A stretch of DNA of 64,000 nt, taken from the IMG/VR virus record IMGVR_UViG_3300021962_000028, positions 32,001-96,000 of that record. The stretch is one strand, 5' to 3'. Both the position numbers and the translations under genes were made by a program. This DNA is from a virus. Below, piece by piece: positions 11,021-21,528 of this stretch. The notes below the pieces were generated by a model. That model was given only the letters and a program-made list of their open reading frames with translations. It was not told the DNA's origin and searched no databases. Each line of letters begins with the position of its first letter. Position 1 is the first letter of the stretch.

Positions 11021-11288
11021 GATAATGAACGAACACTATTTCTTAGATATCGACGAAATAGACAAATATATTCAAATTGAACCTAAAGAACCATTATCAG
11101 GTTATACAGGTGAAAATCACATTAGTATCGTAAAATACGAAACAGTTAAATTAATGTTAGAGATATTGATGGATGAGCAGGAGGAAATTGATGAAACTTT
11201 AGGTCACAAAGCTTCTTCCAATTTATCAATACCGTTTAAACTCGCGTTTAACACATTAATCAGTAAAAAAATCTTAAAATCATTTTAA
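11004..11288 (+). CDS. Hypothetical protein
   Basis: 94-aa ORF in operon. Confidence 0.7.
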   Translation: MGPMLKIMNEHYFLDIDEIDKYIQIEPKEPLSGYTGENHISIVKYETVKLMLEILMDEQEEIDETLGHKASSNLSIPFKLAFNTLISKKILKSF

Positions 11289-11291
11289 ATT

Positions 11292-12350
11292 ATGGAACAA
11301 AATAGAATATTAAAACTACAAAAATCAATCGAGAATTTACAAAGTAAATCATCGAGAATTTACCTATTTGTACAGGATACTAAAGGTAATCCTAGAGCTT
11401 CGGTAAGATACATATATCAAATGGGTATGGCGTTAAAAAATAACGGGTTTAACCCAATCATTTTACACGAAAAGCCTGAATATGTCGGAGTTGCTGAGTG
11501 GTTAGGACCTGAATATATGGAACTACCTCATAAACCAATTGAAGGTCAGAATTTAGAGATTTCTCCTGAAGATTTTTTAATTATTCCTGAAATCTTTGGA
11601 TTTATTATGGAACAAGTTAAAGATTTACCTTGTGCTAAAATCGTACTTTGTCAAGCGTATGACCATATGATGGAAACCCTCCAACCTGGATTTGGGTGGA
11701 CAAACTACGGGTTCTACAAATGTATTACAACATCTGAATTCCAAAAAGATTATATCTCTTCAATTATGAGAGGTGTTAGTACTGACGTTCTTCCATTATA
11801 TATTGATGAGAAGTTTAAACCTACAAGCACCACTCAAAAACCAATCGTTGCGGTACATTCAAGAGACCAAAGAAAAACATTAAACTTTATTAAATCATTC
11901 TATTTAAAATTCCCTCAATATAGATGGATTACATTTAGAGATATGAGAGGATTAACTGAGGATGAATTCGCGAATAGTCTACAAGAGTGTTTTTTGAGTG
12001 TTTGGATTGACGAAACTAGCGGATTCGGGACGTTCCCAATGGAATCTATGAAATGTGGTGTACCAGTAATTGGTAAAATACCAAGTTTATTCCCTCATTG
12101 GATTAACGAAGATAACGGTTTGTGGTTATCGGAAGAAACTAAATTAACCGACTTTACCGCTGACTTTATTCAAAATTGGTTAGAGGATAATATCAAACCT
12201 GAACTATATACTGAAATGGAGAAAACTGTTTCATCTCTATCAAGTAAGGAGACTTTCGAAACTAGTGTTACTAAATTTTTCACAGATTATTTAGAGACAA
12301 GATACGAATCATTTAACGAACAATTAACAAAATTAAAAACTGAAGAATAA
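11292..12350 (+). CDS. GT-B glycosyltransferase
   Basis: IIPE motif and SGFGTFPMESMKCGVPVIG (EgFglpxlEAm-like). Confidence 0.75.
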   Translation: MEQNRILKLQKSIENLQSKSSRIYLFVQDTKGNPRASVRYIYQMGMALKNNGFNPIILHEKPEYVGVAEWLGPEYMELPHKPIEGQNLEISPEDFLIIPEIFGFIMEQVKDLPCAKIVLCQAYDHMMETLQPGFGWTNYGFYKCITTSEFQKDYISSIMRGVSTDVLPLYIDEKFKPTSTTQKPIVAVHSRDQRKTLNFIKSFYLKFPQYRWITFRDMRGLTEDEFANSLQECFLSVWIDETSGFGTFPMESMKCGVPVIGKIPSLFPHWINEDNGLWLSEETKLTDFTADFIQNWLEDNIKPELYTEMEKTVSSLSSKETFETSVTKFFTDYLETRYESFNEQLTKLKTEE

Positions 12351-12351
12351 T

Positions 12352-13155
12352 ATGGAAAATACTTTTAACTTATCTGTAATACTACCAATCAAAACGGCAA
12401 CTGCAAAAGATTTTGACGAGTTTTTTGAAAAAGCAATCAAATCTGTATCAGAACAACAAACAAGTGTAAATGAGTTAGTTATTGTTCATACTGATGAAGA
12501 ACTATTAACCAAAAAAATAACTGAATATGATTTTGGAAACTTAAACGTAAAAAAATTAGTTTGGTCTGACGAAGCTAATTTTGCAAACCAAGTTAATTTT
12601 GGTATTTCACAATCAGAATCTGAATGGGTTTCAATTTTAGAATTTGACGATGAATACTCAAGCATTTGGTTTAAAAATGTGAAAAAATATTCTGAAATTT
12701 ATAAAGACGTTTCAGCATTTTTACCCATCGTTATTGATGTAGACGAAAAAGGAACATTCGCTGGTTTCACTAATGAAGCAACTTTCGCTCAAAACTTTTC
12801 ACAAGAGATTGGATTTTTGACTAACGAAACACTACAAGAATATCAAAACTTCCAAACTTCAGGAATGGCGTTTAAGAAAAGTTTAGTTAATGATTTTGGT
12901 GGTATTAAATCTAATTTTAAATTAACCTTTGTTTACGAATTTTTATTAAGACTGACATTTAATTCTGTACGAGTAATGACTATCCCGAAAATCGGGTATA
13001 AACACATTAACCTTAGAGAAGGGTCAATCTTTTGGAATCATAAATATGGTGCTGATAAATTATCCGAAAATGAGGTTAAGTTTTGGATAGACTCGGCTAA
13101 AAAAGAATACTTTTTCGCTGATGAAAGGCCATTAAATTATGAACCACAAGTTTAA
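12352..13155 (+). CDS. GT2-like glycosyltransferase
   Basis: LSVILPI, VNFGI, LEFDDEY. Confidence 0.75.
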   Translation: MENTFNLSVILPIKTATAKDFDEFFEKAIKSVSEQQTSVNELVIVHTDEELLTKKITEYDFGNLNVKKLVWSDEANFANQVNFGISQSESEWVSILEFDDEYSSIWFKNVKKYSEIYKDVSAFLPIVIDVDEKGTFAGFTNEATFAQNFSQEIGFLTNETLQEYQNFQTSGMAFKKSLVNDFGGIKSNFKLTFVYEFLLRLTFNSVRVMTIPKIGYKHINLREGSIFWNHKYGADKLSENEVKFWIDSAKKEYFFADERPLNYEPQV

Positions 13156-13910
13156 TGCAACTCACAACAAATGAATTAAGTGGGAACACAGAAAGTATTG
13201 AATCTAAAAAACGAGGAAGGAAGACAACACAAACGAACTATTTTGACGTACGAGAAGAAAATGCGGTTAGATTGTTTTTGGTTGAGCCTTCTTGGGAAGT
13301 AAGAAATAAGATTTATAATGAATACTTAAGAGACCCTTTAGACAAAATGATATCGTCGATTATTAGACGGTATAAACTCTATCGAAAAGATATGGACTTC
13401 ACAGAAATCCATACAGATACACATTCTTTTTTGATGACTAAAATTGAGAAATTTAAACCGTCAAAAGAAAAGAAAGCGTATTCCTATTTCGGTACTATCT
13501 GTAAAAACTATTTAATGGGTCAAATCATAAAAGACCAAAAAGAATTAAATAGAAAGATTTCATATGAGGACATTTCTTCGTCGTTAGAAGAAAATGTAAA
13601 ATTTTCATACTCTATAGATAATGAAGATGTTGACGCTACAATGGTAATTGAGAAGTTTAAACAGGAATTAAAAACATTTATAGATACCGAAAGTTTAAAT
13701 GATAACGAAACAAAATTAGGATATGCGTTAATTGATTTGTTCGACAACTATGAAGAGATTTTTATGGGGGCCGATAACAATAAGTTCAATAAAAACGTAA
13801 TCCTACTTTCATTACGAGAGATGACTAATTTATCAACGAAAGAAATTAGGAACTCGATGAAAAAATATAAGAAATTATACGGTAGTATTATAGGTATCAT
13901 TCTAAAATAA
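13155..13910 (+). CDS. Putative late-transcription sigma factor (T4 gp55-like)
   Basis: KFKPSKEKKAYSYFGTICKNYL resembles the gp55/sigma region 2 F-x-P-x-K...aYfT-i pattern. Confidence 0.6.
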   Translation: MQLTTNELSGNTESIESKKRGRKTTQTNYFDVREENAVRLFLVEPSWEVRNKIYNEYLRDPLDKMISSIIRRYKLYRKDMDFTEIHTDTHSFLMTKIEKFKPSKEKKAYSYFGTICKNYLMGQIIKDQKELNRKISYEDISSSLEENVKFSYSIDNEDVDATMVIEKFKQELKTFIDTESLNDNETKLGYALIDLFDNYEEIFMGADNNKFNKNVILLSLREMTNLSTKEIRNSMKKYKKLYGSIIGIILK

Positions 13911-13932
13911 ACGTTATAAGGTATTTATAGAT

Positions 13933-14304
13933 ATGAGTAGACCTAAGAAAAAAGAAATAAAATTTACAAAAGACTCTGTTCTAACAATTTTACAAGAAGT
14001 GTATAATGAAATTGTGGAACAGAGAAATACTGCATTAAGAATTCAAAATAAAATGTTGGCATTAATGAAAGATGCTGAGGATATGCAGACAATTGGACCA
14101 ATCATTAAAGAACAACAAAAAATTATTAATGACTGCGTTGAGAAAAAATTATCATTATCTAAATTACAATCTTCAATTTGGGAAAAATCATCAAAAGAGA
14201 CAAGTGATTTCACTATCGATGATTTGGATGATGATTTAATGGAATCTCTAATTAGTAGAGATGTTGAAAAAGTAGACGACTCTTATAAATTAAATAAAAA
14301 ATAA
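13933..14304 (+). CDS. Hypothetical coiled-coil protein
   Basis: 123-aa ORF with TATTTATA immediately upstream. Confidence 0.7.
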   Translation: MSRPKKKEIKFTKDSVLTILQEVYNEIVEQRNTALRIQNKMLALMKDAEDMQTIGPIIKEQQKIINDCVEKKLSLSKLQSSIWEKSSKETSDFTIDDLDDDLMESLISRDVEKVDDSYKLNKK

Positions 14305-14309
14305 TAGTT

Positions 14310-16205
14310 ATGGGATTTGATTTAGAAAGTGGTTACGCCAGTATTGAAAATAAAATGAAGGCATCGAGAACTTATCTTGATACTAAAATGGCGTCTATTG
14401 ATTTAGAAAAAAACTCTGGTGATAATTTAGAACAGGCAAAACAAAAAGTACTTTCAAGTATTGATAAAGTCAAAGACCAAAAGAAGAGATTTCAAAGACA
14501 GATGAAAACTCAAATGGACCAAATGTTAAGTATGGTTCAATTTAATGGAGGGTCTGGTTCATCAACAATGAATTATATTAAAACTAAGTTTATTCAAGCC
14601 GCTTTAAGAGTAGAACCTAAAATATTTGACATACTTAATAAAGAGACTATAAATGCTTTAGGGTGTTCCCAACAACAGGCATATTCCGCACAAACAATTT
14701 ATATCAAAGTTAAAAGTGTTGATTTACAAAGATTATTAACTCGTGACCCTGATGAAGAAGTTGCGGCAGTTGCTTATGAGAAAGTAGCCCCAACACCCAA
14801 TCAAATTCCATATTCAATGAACAGACAAATGTGGGAAAGGTTACAAGATTTAAATGTACCTCAACCATTTTATGGGCGTTCAGGACAGAAACTATTTGAT
14901 ATTAGTTATGTTCAACAAGATGGTAATGGTATTAGTGGTGATTTCTACAAAATAGATTTAGTTAATAAAACTGTGGGAATGAATAAAGTAGCCAATTTTA
15001 TTGTCGATTATTATCGAGCAGTAAAAATAATTGATACGGGTAATTTATTTCAACAACTGATGGACCAAATCTCAGGGGCGGTTTCTTTTGACGCTAAAGT
15101 AGGTTTTGGTCAGTTAGAGGAAGAAAATAAATTTATGTTAATTCTACAAAGAATCTTAGGTTTATGTTTTGACAGTGCTAGAGAGATTGATATTAGTGGT
15201 AATTCTAAAGTTGCCGAGTTAGATGGTATTGATGAATCTTTCTTTGAATTTACTGATATGGATTTGAGGTACATTAACGACACAATTTCTAATATACAAA
15301 ATGGGGTTGTTGAGTTTGAGGATTGTGAGAATGTAAAACTACCTGTAGACAGTCAGTCAATAATGAATTCGTTATTAAAGTTTAATAAATTAACCAAAAT
15401 TGAAGACGAACAAACTTTGGCAGAACAATTAACAGAAACTTTGACAGGTAATGAAAAATGGAAATTTTTAGTCCCTAATTCTGTAGACATTAATTTAAGT
15501 GTTGATTTAAGTTTCTTAACTAATTTACCTAAGGCTATTATGATGGCATTATTATCTCCTAAGGTATTATTACCATTATACATAATGGCAAAAGCTATTG
15601 GTCAGTTAAGTGGATATGCTATCGAAAGTCTAATGGACTTTATGAAGGCATTTAAAAAATATTGTATAAATATTATGTCTAAAATAGGTTCTTTATTTGT
15701 TCAAGAACTTTTTGAAATCATTAAAAAAGATATTATGAATCTTATTTCCCAAATTATTAAAGATTTGGCAAAAGAAAAGGTTCTTAAAAAATACGTTATG
15801 ATTTTAAAACTAATACAACTCATAATGATTATTGCGAAATTTGTCGACGACTGGAGAAAATGTAAGAGTGTTGTCGACGAAATACTTGCGTTACTTACAT
15901 TAGTCACACCTGATTTTGGTGGAGGTATTCCAGCCCCTTTATTAGCCGCCGCTCAATTGTTACAAGGGTCATCACCAACAAGAGCATTTATTAACGGTGT
16001 ATCCGAATGGCAAAAAGTAGGTTTACCTACGGGAGCAATGCCTGACGGAAGTCCTAATTTGGCGTTACAGGCGATGATGGGACAAATTAAAGGTCAAGCT
16101 CAAGAACAAGATGAGAACGGTAAAGTACAAATCTTTATGAAACCATTAACAGTTACTCCAGCTGGTACATTACCATCTGCAGATATATACGGAAAAGCAT
16201 TCTAA
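14310..16205 (+). CDS. Hypothetical large protein, probably virion/baseplate-associated
   Basis: 631-aa ORF upstream of the baseplate hub-like gene. Confidence 0.6.
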   Translation: MGFDLESGYASIENKMKASRTYLDTKMASIDLEKNSGDNLEQAKQKVLSSIDKVKDQKKRFQRQMKTQMDQMLSMVQFNGGSGSSTMNYIKTKFIQAALRVEPKIFDILNKETINALGCSQQQAYSAQTIYIKVKSVDLQRLLTRDPDEEVAAVAYEKVAPTPNQIPYSMNRQMWERLQDLNVPQPFYGRSGQKLFDISYVQQDGNGISGDFYKIDLVNKTVGMNKVANFIVDYYRAVKIIDTGNLFQQLMDQISGAVSFDAKVGFGQLEEENKFMLILQRILGLCFDSAREIDISGNSKVAELDGIDESFFEFTDMDLRYINDTISNIQNGVVEFEDCENVKLPVDSQSIMNSLLKFNKLTKIEDEQTLAEQLTETLTGNEKWKFLVPNSVDINLSVDLSFLTNLPKAIMMALLSPKVLLPLYIMAKAIGQLSGYAIESLMDFMKAFKKYCINIMSKIGSLFVQELFEIIKKDIMNLISQIIKDLAKEKVLKKYVMILKLIQLIMIIAKFVDDWRKCKSVVDEILALLTLVTPDFGGGIPAPLLAAAQLLQGSSPTRAFINGVSEWQKVGLPTGAMPDGSPNLALQAMMGQIKGQAQEQDENGKVQIFMKPLTVTPAGTLPSADIYGKAF

Positions 16206-16206
16206 T

Positions 16207-16416
16207 ATGGACGGTAGAGATAGAGTTAACAATATTGTTAAAGAGATTAAGGATAGTACAAATAATGAATTGTTATTTGCATTAAATTTCCTTAACGAAG
16301 ATTACGAAAAAACAAAAGAAATGATTATAAACTTAACCAAACATTTAGATAGTATTGAAATTGTTTATAATAAAGTATTAAAAGAACACGAAAAGAGACA
16401 CAATGGATTTAAATAA
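16207..16416 (+). CDS. Hypothetical protein
   Basis: 69-aa ORF in operon. Confidence 0.65.
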   Translation: MDGRDRVNNIVKEIKDSTNNELLFALNFLNEDYEKTKEMIINLTKHLDSIEIVYNKVLKEHEKRHNGFK

Positions 16417-17950
16417 AAATAGAATTTTATGGTTTGCGAAAGTTAAAGACGTAAATGACCCGTTAATGCTTAATAGAGTTAGGGTTGATTTTGGTACTAA
16501 AAATAACGAATCAATTTTAAATGCAATACCAAATACTAAAAATGGTAAAGAGACTAAAGAAGGTGGTGATTTAAAACCTGAATTCAAATGGACTGAGATT
16601 GATTCATTCTGTTGTCTACCATTATTACCGTTATATCTAAACGTAACCCCTAAAAAAAATGAATCGGTTAACGTTATCTTCCCTGATAATGAATACCAAT
16701 ATGATGAACAATATTATATTCAAGGGTCTGTTACATCACCATTAACAGTTTATAACGAAAATTTCAACGCTCAAAGAATGTTCGCATCTAAGAACAGACT
16801 TGAGTCTCCAAAATTATTAAAAAATCCATTAAATAACGAATATTATATTACAAAAACTAAGGGTGTATTCATCGAACCTGAAGATATTGGTTTAATGGGT
16901 AGAGGAACTACAGATATTGTAATTAAAGACCGACACGTATTACTTAGAGCGGGTAAAAGTACAACAATGCCCGATAACCCAAATAAAGAAATTAACGCAA
17001 AGACAACTAGAAGTTTTATACAATTATCAGATTTTAATCAAAGAGAAGTTGCGTTACCTAATTCAGAATCAACTAGATTCCAAGAAAGTGTTTCATTTAC
17101 TAAGACACTTATTGAATGGAATGTTACAAACCCTGAAAATGCCGAGAATAAATTTAATTATATTGTTAGTCTTTATCGACTACCTGAAAAAGGTAAGAAA
17201 GAATATAATACTCAAAATATGACAATAGACACTGATGTGTTGAATGATGATAAATCTTTAATTTTTAGAATGCAGTTTTCCGCCGAAGGAGTTTTTGATT
17301 TAACTCAAAAAATTATTAAGTTTATTGGACAATGTAATGACGGTGAAATTAATATAACTCCTTATCCAATAACTAAATTGGAAAATCAATTTCCATTATT
17401 TGTAAGACCTTCTCCTGAAACTTTAAAATATATGGAATCCCCGTCATCAGGTGTTGAATTCTCAAATGTAACTGCAATTGCGTTAGCCATTGACTATAAG
17501 GCGTTAAAAAACGGTACTGGTCTTATCTATTCTAAAGATAAAATAGGACAACAATTTGAACTCGTAAAAGATGTTCAAAAACAAAAAGAGATTAAGAATG
17601 ACGCACCTATCACTTATAATATTACGGGAGCGGATAAATTATTATTTCTATCTCACGAAAGTAGGATTACAGGTAAAGAACAAATTGTTTTAGATGAAAC
17701 AACTATATACGGTATTGAACAAAATTATCTTATCTCTAACGTACTACCAAATACAGATGCTATGGTTAGGGGGGACGAATTAATGAAGTTTATGAACTTA
17801 GTAGTTAGGTTTTTATCCTCTCACGTACACGCATTTCACGGTATGCCACCAGTACCTGTTTCACAGGATGGTACTAACATTTCTGATATCTTTCAAAAAT
17901 TGGCAACCGCCCCTGAGATAATTCTTAATCAAAATATCAGAATTAATTAA
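16403..17950 (+). CDS. Baseplate hub/central spike protein (gp5/VgrG-like)
   Basis: N-terminal OB-fold signature VKDVNDPLMLNRVRV...LPLLP...PKKNESV; C-terminal VRGDEL...SHVH spike-tip HxH. Confidence 0.65.
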   Translation: MDLNKNRILWFAKVKDVNDPLMLNRVRVDFGTKNNESILNAIPNTKNGKETKEGGDLKPEFKWTEIDSFCCLPLLPLYLNVTPKKNESVNVIFPDNEYQYDEQYYIQGSVTSPLTVYNENFNAQRMFASKNRLESPKLLKNPLNNEYYITKTKGVFIEPEDIGLMGRGTTDIVIKDRHVLLRAGKSTTMPDNPNKEINAKTTRSFIQLSDFNQREVALPNSESTRFQESVSFTKTLIEWNVTNPENAENKFNYIVSLYRLPEKGKKEYNTQNMTIDTDVLNDDKSLIFRMQFSAEGVFDLTQKIIKFIGQCNDGEINITPYPITKLENQFPLFVRPSPETLKYMESPSSGVEFSNVTAIALAIDYKALKNGTGLIYSKDKIGQQFELVKDVQKQKEIKNDAPITYNITGADKLLFLSHESRITGKEQIVLDETTIYGIEQNYLISNVLPNTDAMVRGDELMKFMNLVVRFLSSHVHAFHGMPPVPVSQDGTNISDIFQKLATAPEIILNQNIRIN

Positions 17951-17979
17951 TTCTTTGATATTTATAGGTAAAAGAATTA

Positions 17980-19539
17980 ATGTCAACACATAGGTCATAT
18001 TTTAATAAAAACAATACTATCATTAGTGATTCGTACGCTAATACAGGTAGAAACCCCGTAACTGATTTATATTTTGGGTCTGCTAAGGATACATCCGCGC
18101 CTTTTGGGTATACACGATTTATCTTTAACTTAAATTTAGAACCACTTTTAAATAAAATCTTAGATGGGACAATAACGTTGGATTGTGTGGATAATATGTC
18201 ACATAATTTAACTATGACAAATACGATAAGGTTTGATGAGGATTTATTAAACACTTATAACTCTGATGAAAGAAGACGAGCAAGTTCGTTTGATTTAATT
18301 TTATTTAGAATTCCTCAAACTTGTTATAATCACACCCCTACAGGGAATAGTACGTCAACAACTACAACAACTACCACACAACAATGTACACCATATCCCC
18401 AATATTGGGATGAGGGGGTTGGGTATGACTTCAACAATTCAAAATCACCTATTAATACACCAACTGGTGTTGCAATCTATAGTCAACCATTAATCGATAA
18501 CGCCTTTTCAAAAAGACCTTCAAATTGGTTTGAAACAAGTAATTTAGATTATTGGTCAGAACCTGGTATGTATTCCAATACTAATACTTCAACGTATGTT
18601 AATTATAATGATTTAGTAATTGTAGACATACAACATTTTGAAAAAGGTAATGAAGACATTAATTTTGATATGACTAACGAGATTAACGGTATTATTAATG
18701 GTACCATTACTAACGTCACGGGATGGGGAATTGCCTACAGACCTGAATTTGAATTAATCACGGGTTTAACTTCGAATTATTCGGTGTCTTTTTTCACAAG
18801 ACATACTCAAACTTTTTATGAACCATACTTATTAACAACATATAATGATTTAATTCAGGACGATAGAAATTTGTTTGTAGAAAAAATTACAAATAAACTT
18901 TATATGTTCGCTTATGTTGATGGTGACTTAGTAACATTAGATTCAAATCCTACCGTAACAATTTTAGACCCTAATGGGGATGTAATACCTTCATTAATTA
19001 ACTTACCAACTTGTTCAAGAACTAAAGGGGTATATGAAGTAACAATACCACCAATCAGTGGTTATCCAACACCTTGTCAATTTAGTGACGTATGGGGGAA
19101 TATTATATATAATGGTGATTCATTACCTGATATTGAAAATGATTTTGTTTTACAACCTTATAAAAATAGAGTATCAATCGGTGTTCAATCTAAAGAACCT
19201 GATTTATATGGGTTTGATTTTTATGGTATAAAACAGGATGAAAAAATATTGAATACCGATATTAGAAAAGTTGGTGTTGTAATTAAAAAGGCCTACACAA
19301 CCAAACAATTATTACAAAATGTAGACGCAAGTTATCGAGTTTACGTAAGAGAAGGTATGACTGAAGTCCAAGTACAAGATTGGACAAAAATAAATAGAAC
19401 CTCAAATGAATATTATTTCATTTTTGATACAAGAGACAAAATACCTAATGAGTATTATATCGACATTAAAGTTAAAAGTAGTGGAGAGGTAGATACTTAT
19501 AAAAGAACAATAAAATTTTTAATAGTTAATAAAAAATAA
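17980..19539 (+). CDS. Virion structural protein (beta-rich, baseplate/tail-associated)
   Basis: 519 aa, N/T-rich, WDEGVGYD motif, late motif upstream. Confidence 0.55.
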   Translation: MSTHRSYFNKNNTIISDSYANTGRNPVTDLYFGSAKDTSAPFGYTRFIFNLNLEPLLNKILDGTITLDCVDNMSHNLTMTNTIRFDEDLLNTYNSDERRRASSFDLILFRIPQTCYNHTPTGNSTSTTTTTTTQQCTPYPQYWDEGVGYDFNNSKSPINTPTGVAIYSQPLIDNAFSKRPSNWFETSNLDYWSEPGMYSNTNTSTYVNYNDLVIVDIQHFEKGNEDINFDMTNEINGIINGTITNVTGWGIAYRPEFELITGLTSNYSVSFFTRHTQTFYEPYLLTTYNDLIQDDRNLFVEKITNKLYMFAYVDGDLVTLDSNPTVTILDPNGDVIPSLINLPTCSRTKGVYEVTIPPISGYPTPCQFSDVWGNIIYNGDSLPDIENDFVLQPYKNRVSIGVQSKEPDLYGFDFYGIKQDEKILNTDIRKVGVVIKKAYTTKQLLQNVDASYRVYVREGMTEVQVQDWTKINRTSNEYYFIFDTRDKIPNEYYIDIKVKSSGEVDTYKRTIKFLIVNKK

Positions 19540-19540
19540 T

Positions 19541-20041
19541 ATGAGTAAAGTAGTAAAACTAACCGAAAAAGATTTACATAGACTAATCCAAAAAGTTATT
19601 AAAGAGGATGAAGAACAACATTCTCAAAGATATATGTTTTTCAGTAATATTGAACAAATCCAAAGACAAATGGGTTTATTATTAGACCTTAATCACGACC
19701 AAGTTGAGGAAATCCTTGAAAATGGTCACGATTGGGCTCAAGACCATATAGCAACCGCCAAGGAATCAATTGACCAAGTTTTTGATTTCTTAATGAACGA
19801 AACTAAGAGTTTTCATAAGATGGGGGATGAATTAGGTACCGCACCAAAAAACGATATATTAGTTATGGGTGAAGGTAAAAAGAAATCAGGTACTAAATTA
19901 TGTGCACGTGGTAAAGCCGCCGCTAAAGCTAAGTTTGATGTTTATCCATCAGCATATGCTAACGGATATGCGGTTCAAGTTTGTAAAGGTAAACAACCTG
20001 ATGCTTCAGGGAATAAAAGATGTTCCTCACCATATTGTTAA
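19541..20041 (+). CDS. Hypothetical protein, possible internal head protein
   Basis: N-terminal MSKVVKLTEKDLHRLIQKVIKE leader; C-terminal CARGKAAAKAKFDVYPSAYANG. Confidence 0.65.
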   Translation: MSKVVKLTEKDLHRLIQKVIKEDEEQHSQRYMFFSNIEQIQRQMGLLLDLNHDQVEEILENGHDWAQDHIATAKESIDQVFDFLMNETKSFHKMGDELGTAPKNDILVMGEGKKKSGTKLCARGKAAAKAKFDVYPSAYANGYAVQVCKGKQPDASGNKRCSSPYC

Positions 20042-20045
20042 AAAT

Positions 20046-20074
20046 AAAAAAACCCTCAGTGATGAGGGTTTTTT
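20046..20074. terminator. Bidirectional intrinsic terminator
   Basis: AAAAAAACCCTCA-GTGA-TGAGGGTTTTTT between convergent genes. Confidence 0.85.
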
Positions 20075-20076
20075 GT

Positions 20077-20526
20077 TTAGTTAGATTCGGTTTCTGTTGA
20101 AGGTTCAATACCTACAACTTCTAAATCAAAGATTAATTTTTTTCCTGCCAATGGATGATTTCCATCAATTACAACAGTATCTTCTTTAATCTCAACGACT
20201 TTTACATTGACAGGACCCATAGGACCGCTACCTTGTAACATATGACCAACCTCAATGTTTTCAGGAACTTGGTTTTTGGCAACTTCGATAATCATTTCTT
20301 TAATAACTTCTCCGTATGCTTCAGTATGTTCAATTTCAACAGTCTTAGTTTCACCTACCGACATATCAATTAATCCTTTTTCAAAACCAGGGATTAACTG
20401 ACCTTGACCTAATTTGGCATTTAATGGTTGTCTCCCTTCAGCTAATGAAGTATCGAATACGGTACCATCTTCTAATTTCCCTGTATAGTTTACACTAACA
20501 GTGTCTCCGTTTTTAATTTTTTGCAT
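20077..20526 (-). CDS. FKBP-type peptidyl-prolyl isomerase (SlyD/FkpB-like)
   Basis: YTGKLEDGTVFD, LIPGFEKGL, DGNHPLAGKKLIFDLEV. Confidence 0.93.
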   Translation of the reverse strand: MQKIKNGDTVSVNYTGKLEDGTVFDTSLAEGRQPLNAKLGQGQLIPGFEKGLIDMSVGETKTVEIEHTEAYGEVIKEMIIEVAKNQVPENIEVGHMLQGSGPMGPVNVKVVEIKEDTVVIDGNHPLAGKKLIFDLEVVGIEPSTETESN

Positions 20527-20663
20527 AGTATGTTTTTTATTTAGTTAAGTATACGAACATATTTTAGGTTAATCAACGTTTTCAAAATATATTTTTTAAA
20601 ATATTGTTTTATCGGAAAAAAAGTCATATACTTCAATTATCAAATACAAATACACATAATGAA

Positions 20664-21101
20664 ATGTTACTGCTGACAAAAAGAGAAAGAAGAAGATTTA
20701 GAGTATTTCTTAGAAAAATTTTTAAAAAAATTTCAGGAAATTTAGAGGACGCTAACTATAAAGGTCTTGACGAGATTCAAATACGAACAATATTTAATGT
20801 TCGTCAAATGATAACAAAAAAAGACGCGACATTATTAATTGCACCCATTTCAAGTATATGTTATATTGAATGGAGGCATTATTTTATTAGGTTTGGGGAC
20901 TCGGCGGTTACAATCACAAACGGTAAATACTCCTATTATGTATGGTTACCTAGTAGTCATATTGACAAACTTAAGGATATCTTTTACCGTAATGTTGAGG
21001 TTCGTAGAAAACAAATGGAAGAAAAATACGATAAAAGGACATTAGATAATTTAAATTTGATTAGTGAAGATTTAAAAAATGACAAAAGCGGAGATATATA
21101 A
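20664..21101 (+). CDS. Hypothetical protein
   Basis: ORF track 20604..21101; first ATG at 20664 preferred. Confidence 0.65.
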   Translation: MLLLTKRERRRFRVFLRKIFKKISGNLEDANYKGLDEIQIRTIFNVRQMITKKDATLLIAPISSICYIEWRHYFIRFGDSAVTITNGKYSYYVWLPSSHIDKLKDIFYRNVEVRRKQMEEKYDKRTLDNLNLISEDLKNDKSGDI

Positions 21102-21528
21102 AGAAGTTTTAAATAGGTTACCAGATGATAAAGATTGGTATTCTCCATCTGAAGGTATATTATGTAATGATTTTTGGTGTTATAAATGTACTGACGAAGT
21201 CATATCAATATCAAACATAGAACCTAAGAAACGTAAATTATTTTGGACCGATAAACAAAATCGTATGAGAGAGGAAATTAAGTCCTCAGGGTATGATTAT
21301 AATAAAGGTCATATTGTATTAACCAATGACGGTGATATCGTCGATGGTTATCATAGATTCATATCATTATCTGAAAATTACCATCCAGAAAGTAAAATAA
21401 TGGTTAAAAGATTAACTAACTTATACAGTGATGAGATGTTAGTTAGTCTATATTTTTATTTACTATATATAGTACCTCTTAAATTTATAAACTTATTGTT
21501 TAAATCATTAATTAATGTCTTTAAGTAA
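21079..21528 (+). CDS. ParB/Sulfiredoxin-like protein with C-terminal hydrophobic helix
   Basis: IVLTNDGDIVDGYHRF motif. Confidence 0.6.
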   Translation: MTKAEIYKEVLNRLPDDKDWYSPSEGILCNDFWCYKCTDEVISISNIEPKKRKLFWTDKQNRMREEIKSSGYDYNKGHIVLTNDGDIVDGYHRFISLSENYHPESKIMVKRLTNLYSDEMLVSLYFYLLYIVPLKFINLLFKSLINVFK

